A stretch of DNA of 35,160 nucleotides, taken from the NCBI GenBank assembly GCA_003221005.1, contig QHTZ01000096.1, positions 1 to 35,160 on the forward strand. Reading direction: 5' to 3'. The position numbers and the translations under genes were made by a program. The DNA is from Gemmatimonadota bacterium. GTDB taxonomy: Bacteria > Gemmatimonadota > Gemmatimonadetes > Gemmatimonadales > GWC2-71-9. Positions 25,421-33,952 of this stretch are shown one piece after another (the first letter of the stretch is position 1; each line of letters opens with the position of its first letter). Below the pieces are notes generated by a model. The model worked only from the letters and a program-made list of their open reading frames with translations, did not search any database and was not told the DNA's origin.

Positions 25421-26163
25421 CGGATCGAGCTCACGGCGTATGTGAATAGATTGACGCCCATCCGCAACGCGGCCTCGTGCAGCTCCGGGGGATCGTGGTG
25501 GACGTCGGGGTCCTCCCAGCCGTCACCGAGATCCGTCTGATAGGAATAGTAAACGACCAGCCGGTCCCCCAAAAAGATACCGAATCCTTGCGCGGGCAGC
25601 CCGTCGTGCTCGTGAATCTTGGGGAGGCCTTTGGGGAAGTCGTAGACCACATGGTAGATGGGATGCGCCAGCGGGACCTCCACCAGGGGATGGTCGGGGA
25701 AGACGCGCTGGATCTCGCGTCGGAACGACTGGTCCATGCCGTAGTCGTCGTCGGCGTGCAGGAAGCCTCCCTGCTCGAGATAGCGGCGCAGAATCTTCAC
25801 GTCTTCATCGGAGAAGCGCACGTTGCCGTGTCCCCGCATGAAGAGGTACGGGATGTCCCACAGCTCGGCACTCGCAAGGGTCACCACCCGCTCCCGCTCG
25901 GCGACGGGGAGCGACGTGCGCTGGCGAATGGCGGCGAGGAGGTTGGGGAGGGAGGAGGGACCCGCATACCAGTCGCCGCCGCCGTCGTAATGCAACCTTC
26001 CGATGGTGAGTGATGCTTCGTTCGGTCGGGATGCGGGATGCGAGATGCGGGATACGGGATGCACACCAAGCTCCACGCATCTCGCATCTCGCATCTCGCA
26101 TCCCGGTCTTACGTCGGCGCGCGCCAGCCACAATGTGACCGCGATGACCGCCAGGGGTCTCAT
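25417..26163 (-). CDS. DUF4159 domain protein
   Basis: ATG 26163 overlaps the rsmI TGA; RLHYDGGGDWY..PSSLPNL, PYLFMRGHG, YLEQGGFLHADDDYG, KIHEHDG, TDLGDGWED, ALRMGVNL. Confidence 0.87.
   Translation of the reverse strand: MRPLAVIAVTLWLARADVRPGCEMRDARCVELGVHPVSRISHPASRPNEASLTIGRLHYDGGGDWYAGPSSLPNLLAAIRQRTSLPVAERERVVTLASAELWDIPYLFMRGHGNVRFSDEDVKILRRYLEQGGFLHADDDYGMDQSFRREIQRVFPDHPLVEVPLAHPIYHVVYDFPKGLPKIHEHDGLPAQGFGIFLGDRLVVYYSYQTDLGDGWEDPDVHHDPPELHEAALRMGVNLFTYAVSSIR
26027..26105. repeat. Heptamer tandem-repeat hairpin C (GRGATGC / GCATCYC) inside a coding N-terminus
   Basis: gggatgc gggatgc gagatgc gggatac gggatgc, 14-nt loop, gcatctc gcatctc gcatctc gcatccc. Confidence 0.93.
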
Positions 26164-26987
26164 AAATCGTTCACGAGCCGATACGCCGTGTTTCTGGTAA
26201 TGCCCGTCTCCGCCGCCAGCCGGTCGGCGACGTCTTTGCGGGTCAATCCCTGGGCCAGGAGGGCGCGGGCCATGGCTTCGGGGTCGGGAGCGGGCTCCTC
26301 GCGCACTGCCCGTCCCGTCCCGGCCACGACGACGGTCACCTCGCCGCGGGGAGGAGCTTCCGCATAGTAACCCGCGAGATCGGTCAGGGTGCCGGCGCGC
26401 GTTTCCTCGAACACCTTGGTCAACTCCCGCGCGACCGCGGCGCGCCGCGCCCCGCCGCACGCCCCCGCCAGATCGGCGAGCAGCTCCGCGGTGCGGTTCG
26501 GCGCCTCGAACAGCACCACGGTCCACTCGCTCTTCGCGACCGTGTCGAGCAGGCGGCGCCGGTCGCCCCCCTTGCGCGGCGGGAACCCGAGGAAGAGATA
26601 GCGATCTGCGGGAAGCCCGGAGACCGCGAGCGCCGCCGCGACCGCCGTCGGTCCGGGAACCGTCACAACCGGGACGTCGCGCTCGCGAGCGGCGGCGACG
26701 AGCGCCGCGCCAGGATCGCTCACCGCCGGCGTGCCGGCGTCGGTCACAAGGGCCACGTCTTTGCCGGTACCGAGCAGATGGAGGATGCGCCGCAGGGCGG
26801 CGTCGCTCGAATGCGCGTGGAAGCTCATCAGCTCGGCGCGCGAGCCGACGTGAGCGAGCACGGTACGGGTGTGGCGGGTGTCCTCGGCCGCAACCGCGAT
26901 CACGCGGCAGAGCGTGGCGGCGGCGCGGGGCGACAGGTCGTCGAGGTTGCCGAGCGGCGTCGCGACGACGTACAGAGTGCCGGACAT
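26160..26987 (-). CDS. rsmI: 16S rRNA (cytidine1402-2'-O)-methyltransferase
   Basis: GTLYVVATPLGNLDDLSPRA, AAEDTRHT, VTDAGTPAVSDPG, FEAPNR, ARELTKVFEE, RGEVTVVV. Confidence 0.95.
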   Translation of the reverse strand: MSGTLYVVATPLGNLDDLSPRAAATLCRVIAVAAEDTRHTRTVLAHVGSRAELMSFHAHSSDAALRRILHLLGTGKDVALVTDAGTPAVSDPGAALVAAARERDVPVVTVPGPTAVAAALAVSGLPADRYLFLGFPPRKGGDRRRLLDTVAKSEWTVVLFEAPNRTAELLADLAGACGGARRAAVARELTKVFEETRAGTLTDLAGYYAEAPPRGEVTVVVAGTGRAVREEPAPDPEAMARALLAQGLTRKDVADRLAAETGITRNTAYRLVNDL

Positions 26988-26988
26988 C

Positions 26989-28005
26989 TCACCACGCCAC
27001 CTGCCACGGCAGGCCGCCGTAGAAGCCGGCGGACTGGAGCACGTAGCGGTGCTCTTTCGTCGCCTCCTTAAGGATCTTGGGTGCCGTGCCCGGCATCATG
27101 ATCTCGACGCCCTCGAGCAGCTGCAGCGACCAGTCCATGAGCGCGCTCGAGAGCTCCTCCGGCTGCACCACGGCGTCGGGCGTCTCGGCGCCGCGCGGCA
27201 CGCTCAGCACGGCGAGGGCCTTGTGCGTCCCGACGATGCCGGCGCACACCTTCTGCGCGCGCCGCCGTGCCTCACCGGGAAATTCCTTTTCCACCTCATC
27301 CACGATGCGCCAGTACAGCTCGCGGTACGTGTTGATGAGCGCGTTCGGCGCCTGCGCGGGCAGCTCCGCGACCGGCGGGAACACGACGACCGAGAGCGCG
27401 GGGAACCTGCCGTCGGCGCCGCGCTGAAACTGCACCTCCAGGAACTTCGCGACCGCCACGTCCTCCGGCTTGTCGCAGAAGTAGCCGCCCGCGAAGCGTC
27501 CCGCGTCGAACCGCAGGTACGACACGCGGCCGGCCGAGATCAGCTCGACGACGCCCGTCACCTGCTCCTGCTTCAGCACCGGGAAGAACGCCCCCGGCTG
27601 GTCGGGGTCGAGGACGCGGGGCTGCACCGGGACGGCGCAGGAGTGGTACATCCACGCGAGCTGCTCCATCGGCGCCGCGCAGTAGGCGACCTCCCCGCGC
27701 TCGACCTCGGCGCGCATCCGCTTCAGGGCCTCGGTGATCGTGGTGACTTGGCGGCCGGAGGTGTGCAGCGACGCCGCGTTCACCGCCTCCCCCTTGCGGA
27801 AGAACATCAGCAGGCACTCGTCCGGCAGGTACGCGGTGAGGTAGCCATCCACGCGCCCGTCACGGTCGCGCTTGGCGAAGGCCAGCAGATTGTCCAGATG
27901 GATGAAGGCCAGCCGCGTGCGATGAATGAGCCGATTCACCTGCGGGAACGTGAGCTCCGCCAGGCGAATCGGCGAGTTCATCAGGCGAGCAGTGCTCGCG
28001 CGCAT
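26989..28005 (-). CDS. Hypothetical protein with two DUF4388/PATAN-like alpha-beta repeats
   Basis: LDNLLAFAK...DGYLTAY...LMFFRKGEAVNA and FFPVLKQEQVTGVVEL...YLRFDAGRFAGG resemble each other; alternative start at 27981. Confidence 0.6.
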   Translation of the reverse strand: MRASTARLMNSPIRLAELTFPQVNRLIHRTRLAFIHLDNLLAFAKRDRDGRVDGYLTAYLPDECLLMFFRKGEAVNAASLHTSGRQVTTITEALKRMRAEVERGEVAYCAAPMEQLAWMYHSCAVPVQPRVLDPDQPGAFFPVLKQEQVTGVVELISAGRVSYLRFDAGRFAGGYFCDKPEDVAVAKFLEVQFQRGADGRFPALSVVVFPPVAELPAQAPNALINTYRELYWRIVDEVEKEFPGEARRRAQKVCAGIVGTHKALAVLSVPRGAETPDAVVQPEELSSALMDWSLQLLEGVEIMMPGTAPKILKEATKEHRYVLQSAGFYGGLPWQVAW

Positions 28006-28023
28006 GACCCTCCGGGGAGGAGG

Positions 28024-28356
28024 CTACGACAGATGTTGTTGAATCTTCTGGTCGAACACCGTCTTGGGGTACGCGCCCACCAGAGTGTCCACGTGGTGGC
28101 CGTCCCTGAAGAATAGAATACTCGGAATCGAGCGAACGTTAAAGCGCATCGCCGTGCGCTGGTTGGCGTCGACGTCCACCTTGGTCACCTTAACCTTGCC
28201 GTCGTACTCCCCCGCGATCTGCTCCATGATGGGCGCCACCATGTGGCACGGGCCGCACCAGGTGGCCCAGAAGTCCACGATGACGAGCCCTTTGTGTTGC
28301 TCGATCTCCTGCCCGAATGTGGCGTCAGTGACCGCCACGAGATGCGTTGCTGCCAT
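28024..28356 (-). CDS. trxA: Thioredoxin
   Basis: VDFWATWCGPC, VRSIPS; GAGGAGG RBS before ATG 28356. Confidence 0.96.
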   Translation of the reverse strand: MAATHLVAVTDATFGQEIEQHKGLVIVDFWATWCGPCHMVAPIMEQIAGEYDGKVKVTKVDVDANQRTAMRFNVRSIPSILFFRDGHHVDTLVGAYPKTVFDQKIQQHLS

Positions 28357-28397
28357 ACCCTGCACTCCTCCTCGAGTAATCATTATGTTGCCTGCCT

Positions 28398-28796
28398 ATG
28401 CCCGACGCACCTGCCCGTGTTGCTCACGTCGGCATCGCCGTGCCGAGCATCGCGGCCGCCCTGCCCTTCTATCGCGACATCCTGGGGGTCGCTCCGGGAA
28501 CCCCTGAGACCGCCGACGGCGCCACGATCGTCAGCCTGCCGCTGGGGGACGTGCGCGTCGAGCTGCTCGAGCCGCTCCAGGCGGACGGCCCCGTCGCGCA
28601 GTTCCTGGCCCGGCGTGGGCCCGGGATCCACCACATCTGCTATCGCGTGCCGGACCTCGACCAGGCGCTCGCACGCTGCCGGGCGGCGGGATACCAGCTG
28701 GTGGACGACCGGCCGCGCCGTGGCGCCGGGGGGCGACGCATCGCGTTCCTGCATCCCAAAGCGACCGCCGGCATCCTGCTCGAGCTGACGGAGTAG
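28398..28796 (+). CDS. mce: Methylmalonyl-CoA epimerase (VOC family)
   Basis: AHVGIAV, VELLEP, FLARRGPGIHHICYRV, GAGGRRIAFLHPKATAGILLEL. Confidence 0.88.
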   Translation: MPDAPARVAHVGIAVPSIAAALPFYRDILGVAPGTPETADGATIVSLPLGDVRVELLEPLQADGPVAQFLARRGPGIHHICYRVPDLDQALARCRAAGYQLVDDRPRRGAGGRRIAFLHPKATAGILLELTE

Positions 28797-28809
28797 GTAA
28801 CGCGCCGGC

Positions 28810-29265
28810 TCAGGGCGCGGTTCCTCGCCCGGGAGCGCCGCACCCCACCGCGGGATTGGGGAGGCTTTCGAGATGCACGTCGTAGATGAGCCAACCGCCC
28901 CTGCCCGTGCGCACGACGTCGATGGGCGTGACCACGTTGCAGCGCTCGCGCTGCAGCTCGACGCGAAACGTGCGCCGGTCGTCATGGCCGACGATCGGGA
29001 GCGGCCCCTCGACGATGCGGAATCCGTTGTTGGCGAGGTAGATCTGGAGCACCGTGGTGCGCTTGCGCAGGACTTCGGGCTTCATGTGCTCCGCAGCCGA
29101 GCCGCGCTGGTCGCCCCACAGCTCGCCGATGCGTTGCACGTCCTTCGCCTTGACGGCGCCGAGGAACTGCTCGACGACCTGGTTCATCGATTGCGGTGCG
29201 GTCGCCGCGGGCCGCGATCCGCAGCCCAGGCCGCCCAGCGCCGCCAGCACGGCCAGTCGTCGCAT
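28810..29265 (-). CDS. Hypothetical lipoprotein (NTF2-like/DUF4878-like)
   Basis: MRRLAVLAALGGLGC lipobox; VVEQFLGAVKAKD helix and C-terminal GGWLI strand; alternative start at 29277. Confidence 0.65.
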   Translation of the reverse strand: MRRLAVLAALGGLGCGSRPAATAPQSMNQVVEQFLGAVKAKDVQRIGELWGDQRGSAAEHMKPEVLRKRTTVLQIYLANNGFRIVEGPLPIVGHDDRRTFRVELQRERCNVVTPIDVVRTGRGGWLIYDVHLESLPNPAVGCGAPGRGTAP

Positions 29266-29312
29266 CACGAGCACCATCCCGCAGTGACGAAGTGACCCGA
29301 AGGTAAGGGCGC

Positions 29313-30035
29313 ATGCGGCTGTACGTCAACATTGATCACATCGCGACGCTGCGCGAAGCGCGCAAGACCGACGAGCCCGACCCAGTGCGCGCGGCGGAAG
29401 CGTGCGAGCGCGGGGGCGCCGACGGCATCACCGTGCATCTGCGCGAAGACCGGCGGCACATCCAGGACGCCGACGTGCGCGCGCTGCGCCGCTCGGTGCG
29501 CACGGTGTTGAACCTCGAGCTGGGCGCCCACGATGAGATCGTGCGCATCGCGTGCCGCGTGCGGCCGTTCCAGGCGACCCTCGTCCCCGAGCGGCGCCAG
29601 GAGATCACGACGGAGGGCGGCCTCGCCCTCAAGCGGCGCGACACCCGAGTCCGAGAGGCGACCGCGCGGCTCGCGCGCGCGGGAATCCGCGTGAGTCTGT
29701 TCATCGACCCCGACCTCCAGGTGATCGAGCGGGCCGCCGAGCTGGGCGCGACGGCGGTCGAGCTGCACACCGGCCGCTACGCCCACACCTGGCGGACCGG
29801 CGACGCGGCGCTGCGCCAGCTGCGGCGTGCCGCGGCGCACGCGAAGCGGTGCGGTCTGGCGGTGCACGCCGGCCACGGCCTCACCTACCAGAACGTGCAG
29901 CCGGTCGCGGCCATCCCGGAGATCGAGGAGCTCAACATCGGCCACACGATCGTCAGCAACGCGGTCTTCTGGGGGCTCGAGGAAGCGGTGCGCCGGATGC
30001 GGAAACTCGTGGATGAAGCGCGGCTGATGTCTTAA
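29313..30035 (+). CDS. pdxJ: Pyridoxine 5'-phosphate synthase
   Basis: [58 protein letters not shown]. Confidence 0.97.
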   Translation: MRLYVNIDHIATLREARKTDEPDPVRAAEACERGGADGITVHLREDRRHIQDADVRALRRSVRTVLNLELGAHDEIVRIACRVRPFQATLVPERRQEITTEGGLALKRRDTRVREATARLARAGIRVSLFIDPDLQVIERAAELGATAVELHTGRYAHTWRTGDAALRQLRRAAAHAKRCGLAVHAGHGLTYQNVQPVAAIPEIEELNIGHTIVSNAVFWGLEEAVRRMRKLVDEARLMS

Positions 30036-30048
30036 GTTTGAGGCCGCT

Positions 30049-31677
30049 ATGACCCAGCCCGGCAAACCGTTGGGAATGTCGGACTTCTTCGGCCTCGAGG
30101 CGGGGGAGTACCTCGAGCGCCTGGACGCCATCCTCGGGAAGCCGGAGCCCGGCGCCGAAGAGTTCGCGCGCCTGACGCGCGCGTTGCGCGGCAGCGCGCT
30201 CATGGCGAACCAGGCCGCGATCGCGCGCGCCGCCGCGGGGCTCGAGGCGCTGGCGCGCGCCGTGCGCGAAGGACGGCGCGCCTGGGACGCCGCCACGAAG
30301 CAGCTCGCGGTGCGCGCCGTGGACGACCTCAAAGTCCTGGTGCGTCGCGCGGCAACCTGGACCGATGCGGACACCGCCAAGGCGACGGCGCTCGGCGCGG
30401 AGCTCGAGCGGCTCGCGGGCCGTCCCTCGGGCGGCGTACGGTCGGGCGAAGCGCTGGGGCTCGACGCCGGCGCTCGCGCATTCGTGGCGCGAGAAGGGGC
30501 CGCGATTGCGAGCGCGCTCGATCGCGCGGCGCAGGCGCTGCGCACGAATCCCCTCGCCCACGATCCGCTCCAGCACGTGCTTCGCGCCCTCCAGCCGCTG
30601 CGCGGACTCGCGGCGCTGAACGACCTGCCGCCCCTCCCCGATCTGCTGGAAGGGATCGAGCGCGCCATCGGTGAGCTCGAGCGGCCCGGGTCCAACCCGC
30701 CCGCGAGCGTCGGCGAGCTGTTTCAGGCCGCCGCCACCGCGATCGCGCGCGCGGCGCGCGAGGTGGCCGAGCAGGGACGGCCCAACCCGGAAGGGGCCGA
30801 GTTCCAGAAGTTCGCCGGCCTCGCCGTCCAGTTCATGGAGAGCGAGCCCGACATCGTCGGCGTCGCGGCACTCTACTACAACGACGGGGGTCCGCAGGTC
30901 GTGCAGCGCGGCGTCGCCGCTGCGCGCCCGGCGGCGCTCGGCCGCCTCGAGCTCGTGAGCCACGGCGAGCACCTGCGCCAGGCTGCGGACTCGCTCGAGC
31001 GCGCCCCCAGCCCCACCCAGCGGGAGCTGCGGGCGCACACCCTCGCGGGGACGTTCCGCGCGCTCGCCAACGCCGGTGGCGGCGCCCTCGCCGAGCGGGT
31101 GGCGCGGTTCGCGCTGGTCGCGCGGGATGTGGTCACGAGCGGCGCCGCGGTGCGTGCGACCCAGGCGTTCGCGAGCCTGCTGCGGCAGGCCGGGGACCTA
31201 CTCGCCCGTTCGGGTGGGGGCATCGCCGAAGCGAACCTCGCGGAGGAGCTCGACGGGCTCATCGTCAGCCTCCGCGGGCTCCTGGCGCGCGCGTCGGGCG
31301 CGTCGGTCGTGCCGATCGAGGCGCTCGCCCCGCAAGAGACAGTCCCGGTGTCCCCGGACCTCACGGGCTCATGGACCGTCTATCAGCGCCTCGTCGGGGC
31401 CGGCGTCGGGCCCGCCTCGCTGGACGAGCTGCTGCGCGCGCCGTCGCTCGACACGGCCCGACCCGCGGCCGCGCCGGCGGCATGGCTCCGGGCGGCTCCT
31501 GTGGACGCCGGGGCGGCTCCCGTGGACATCCGCAGTCTGCTGTACCGCGGCGAGCGCGCGCTGGCGCGCGCCCAGGAGCTGCGCGGCCAGGCGAAGCAGG
31601 CGTCCGGCGATGCGCTCCGCACCCTCGTCGACGAAGTCTGCGACCTCGTTGCCCTCGCCCTCGAGCCCGATTCCTAG
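30049..31677 (+). CDS. All-helical protein with degenerate Hpt (CheA P1-like) repeats
   Basis: FFGLEAGEYLERLD...RLTRALRGSALMA...IARAAAGLE aligns with the Hpt consensus F..Ea.e.l..l......r.aHtlKGsa.m.G...i...aH.lE. Confidence 0.65.
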   Translation: MTQPGKPLGMSDFFGLEAGEYLERLDAILGKPEPGAEEFARLTRALRGSALMANQAAIARAAAGLEALARAVREGRRAWDAATKQLAVRAVDDLKVLVRRAATWTDADTAKATALGAELERLAGRPSGGVRSGEALGLDAGARAFVAREGAAIASALDRAAQALRTNPLAHDPLQHVLRALQPLRGLAALNDLPPLPDLLEGIERAIGELERPGSNPPASVGELFQAAATAIARAAREVAEQGRPNPEGAEFQKFAGLAVQFMESEPDIVGVAALYYNDGGPQVVQRGVAAARPAALGRLELVSHGEHLRQAADSLERAPSPTQRELRAHTLAGTFRALANAGGGALAERVARFALVARDVVTSGAAVRATQAFASLLRQAGDLLARSGGGIAEANLAEELDGLIVSLRGLLARASGASVVPIEALAPQETVPVSPDLTGSWTVYQRLVGAGVGPASLDELLRAPSLDTARPAAAPAAWLRAAPVDAGAAPVDIRSLLYRGERALARAQELRGQAKQASGDALRTLVDEVCDLVALALEPDS

Positions 31678-31684
31678 CGGACGC

Positions 31685-32719
31685 GTGGCGCCGCGCTGGG
31701 CGAGCGGGGGGAGGGGAGCCTGGCTCATCGGGCTCGCGGTCACCGTCGTGCTCCTCGCCTGGGCGCTGCACGGGGTGGACCCCGGCGCTGTGCTCAATCA
31801 CCTGCGCCGTGCCGACCCCCTCCTGTTCTTCGTCGCGATCGCGCTCGCGACCGCCACATTTCCGCTGCGCACCATTCGCTGGCGCGTGATTCTGCGCGAC
31901 GCCGGTGGCGCGCGCTTCCCGCTCCAGCCTCTGTGGCACGCGACGGCAGTGGGATTCATGGCCAATAACCTCCTCCCCGCGCGCGCGGGCGAAGTCGCGC
32001 GCGCCTACCTCGCCCGGCGGCAGCTCCCCGTGCGCTTTACGACCGCCCTGGCGTCGATCGGCGTGGAGCGCGTGTTCGACGGGCTGATGATGGTGGCGCT
32101 ACTCGTGGTGGCGATCGCCGCGCCATCGTTCCCGCGCGATGCGACGATCGCGGGGACGTCGTTGTCGCGCGTCGCCACGGCAGGGGCAGCGCTGTTCGGC
32201 GCGGCGCTCGTCGTAGCGCTGCTGGTCGTGCACCGCCCCGCGCCCTGGCGCGCGCGGTTCGCACGGCTGCTCCACAAGCTGCTCCCGGCGCGCCACGCGG
32301 ACCGGTTGCTGCATTTCGCCGACGGCATCGTGGCGGGGCTTGCCGTGCTCAAGAGCCCCGGGCGCTTCGTTACCGTGGTCGGCTGGTCGCTCGTGCTCTG
32401 GACGATCAACGCCCTGTCGTTCGCGGTCTGCTTCCGCGCGTTCGGCCTGCCCGTCCCGTGGGTGGGGGCATTCCTCTTACAAGGGCTGATCGGTTTCGGC
32501 GTCGCCCTGCCGTCCTCGCCCGGGTTCTTCGGTCCGTTCGAAGCGGTGACCCGCGCGACGCTGGCGCTGTACGGCATTGGGGCCGACCGCGCGGTCAGCT
32601 ATGCGGTGGCTTACCACATCGGCGGCTTCATCCCGATCACCCTGCTGGGGCTGCACTCGCTGTCACGCAGTCACATCCGGCTCGCGGAGCTGCGGCGCGT
32701 CGAGACGGTTGAGGACTGA
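31685..32719 (+). CDS. Lysylphosphatidylglycerol synthase TM-domain (UPF0104, flippase-like) membrane protein
   Basis: LRTIRWR, GFMANNLLPARAGEVAR, VERVFDG, LPSSPGFFGPFE. Start uncertain (GTG 31685 or TTG 31649). Confidence 0.85.
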   Translation: MAPRWASGGRGAWLIGLAVTVVLLAWALHGVDPGAVLNHLRRADPLLFFVAIALATATFPLRTIRWRVILRDAGGARFPLQPLWHATAVGFMANNLLPARAGEVARAYLARRQLPVRFTTALASIGVERVFDGLMMVALLVVAIAAPSFPRDATIAGTSLSRVATAGAALFGAALVVALLVVHRPAPWRARFARLLHKLLPARHADRLLHFADGIVAGLAVLKSPGRFVTVVGWSLVLWTINALSFAVCFRAFGLPVPWVGAFLLQGLIGFGVALPSSPGFFGPFEAVTRATLALYGIGADRAVSYAVAYHIGGFIPITLLGLHSLSRSHIRLAELRRVETVED

Positions 32720-32722
32720 GCT

Positions 32723-33667
32723 GTGACCGCCGAGTGCGTGCACCTGGCCGCGCACGCGAAGGTCAACCTCTTCCTCCGGATTCTCACGGGCCCTTCTCCC
32801 CGCGAGCGCGGTGGGTTCCACCAGCTGGAGACCGGGTTCGCGCTGCTCGAGCTCGCGGACGAGTTGGTGGTGCGGCGCACTGCCCACGACGTGACCCTCG
32901 AGGTGGACGGCGGAGGCCCCGACCTCGGGCCCGTGGACGAGAATCTCGCGGTGCGCGCGGCGCGGGCCGTGCTCGATGCCACGGGTCGCAAGTTCGGCGT
33001 CGCGATCGAGCTCACCAAACGAATTCCCGTGCGGGCGGGGTTGGGCGGGGGCTCGAGCGATGCCGCGGCGGCGCTGCACGCCGTCAACGCGCTTGCGCAC
33101 CACGCCGTCCCCGACGCCGAGCTGCTCCAGTTCGCGGCGCGCCTGGGCGCGGACGTCCCGTTCTTCGCGAGCGGCGCGCCGCTCGCCGTCGCATGGGGAC
33201 GGGGGGAGCGGCTGTTCCGGCTCGCGCCCCTCCCGGCGGCGCCGGTGCTCATCGCTGTACCCAAGATCGCCATCGCCACCGCCGACGCTTACCGCTGGTG
33301 GGACGAGCTGCATCCCACCCCCGAGGCGCGCGGCCCCGTGGTACTCGACGCGCCCGCGCTCGCTTCGTGGGGCAGCGTCGGACGCCTTGCCGGCAACGAC
33401 TTCGAATCGGTGGTGTTCGGCAAGCACAGCGCGCTGCGCACGCTGTTCGAGCGGATGGCCGGCACAAGTCCGTTCTGGGTACGACTGTGCGGCTCGGGGA
33501 GCGCGGTCGCGGCGGTGTACGCGAACGAGCGGCTGCGCGACGACGCGGCGATGATGCTGGGGGAGAAGCAGCAGCGGCTGATCAAGACGACGACGCGGGC
33601 TGCGCCTGCCCAACGGCCCGAGCCGAGCGTGGGGAGTGGCGGACCCGCCTCCGGCGGTGCAATCTGA
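32723..33667 (+). CDS. ispE: 4-(cytidine 5'-diphospho)-2-C-methyl-D-erythritol kinase
   Basis: AKVNLFL, GFHQLET, ENLAVRAA, KRIPVRAGLGGGSSDAA (GHMP motif), LGADVPFF, NDFE, GSGSAV. Confidence 0.93.
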   Translation: MTAECVHLAAHAKVNLFLRILTGPSPRERGGFHQLETGFALLELADELVVRRTAHDVTLEVDGGGPDLGPVDENLAVRAARAVLDATGRKFGVAIELTKRIPVRAGLGGGSSDAAAALHAVNALAHHAVPDAELLQFAARLGADVPFFASGAPLAVAWGRGERLFRLAPLPAAPVLIAVPKIAIATADAYRWWDELHPTPEARGPVVLDAPALASWGSVGRLAGNDFESVVFGKHSALRTLFERMAGTSPFWVRLCGSGSAVAAVYANERLRDDAAMMLGEKQQRLIKTTTRAAPAQRPEPSVGSGGPASGGAI

Positions 33668-33694
33668 ATGACGGGAATCATGGGAGGGGTGCGT

Positions 33695-33952
33695 ATGCCA
33701 GAGGAGCTCGTGGGCAGCGTCGTTCACTATTTCAAGGGACCGAGCGTTGCCGTGGTGCGGATTAGCGGCGCCGCGCTCGCCATCGGCGACCGCATCCGGT
33801 TTCACGGCCACACGACGGACTTCACCGAGCAGGTCAGCTCGATGGAAGTAGACCACAAGAAGGTCGAGCGCGCTGGTCCGGGCGATGAGGTGGCGATCCA
33901 GGTGACCGACCGGACGCGGCCCCACGACCAAGTCCTGAAGGTCGTTGCCTGA
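33695..33952 (+). CDS. Small translation-elongation-factor-like beta-barrel protein (U32 C-terminal-like)
   Basis: GGAGG RBS; VGSVVHYF...VAVV...L.IGD.I...GHTTDF.EQV.SM...A.PGDEVAI.V. Confidence 0.75.
   Translation: MPEELVGSVVHYFKGPSVAVVRISGAALAIGDRIRFHGHTTDFTEQVSSMEVDHKKVERAGPGDEVAIQVTDRTRPHDQVLKVVA

Noticed and set aside
22938-25445. Multiple overlapping Ala/Arg/Ser-rich ORFs across the DUF4175-like gene
   Set aside because: Alternative-frame products of very GC-rich coiled-coil coding sequence.
14247-26105. Repeat clusters as CRISPR arrays
   Set aside because: Units are 7-8 nt, directly tandem, with no unique spacers, and no cas genes are present.
19089-26526. ORF-track N-terminal extensions (starts at 19280, 20911 and 26526; likewise 9399, 14293 and 31076 elsewhere)
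   Set aside because: Most run deep into upstream genes or into promoter/repeat DNA and carry no family motifs; coupled or motif-proximal starts fit better.
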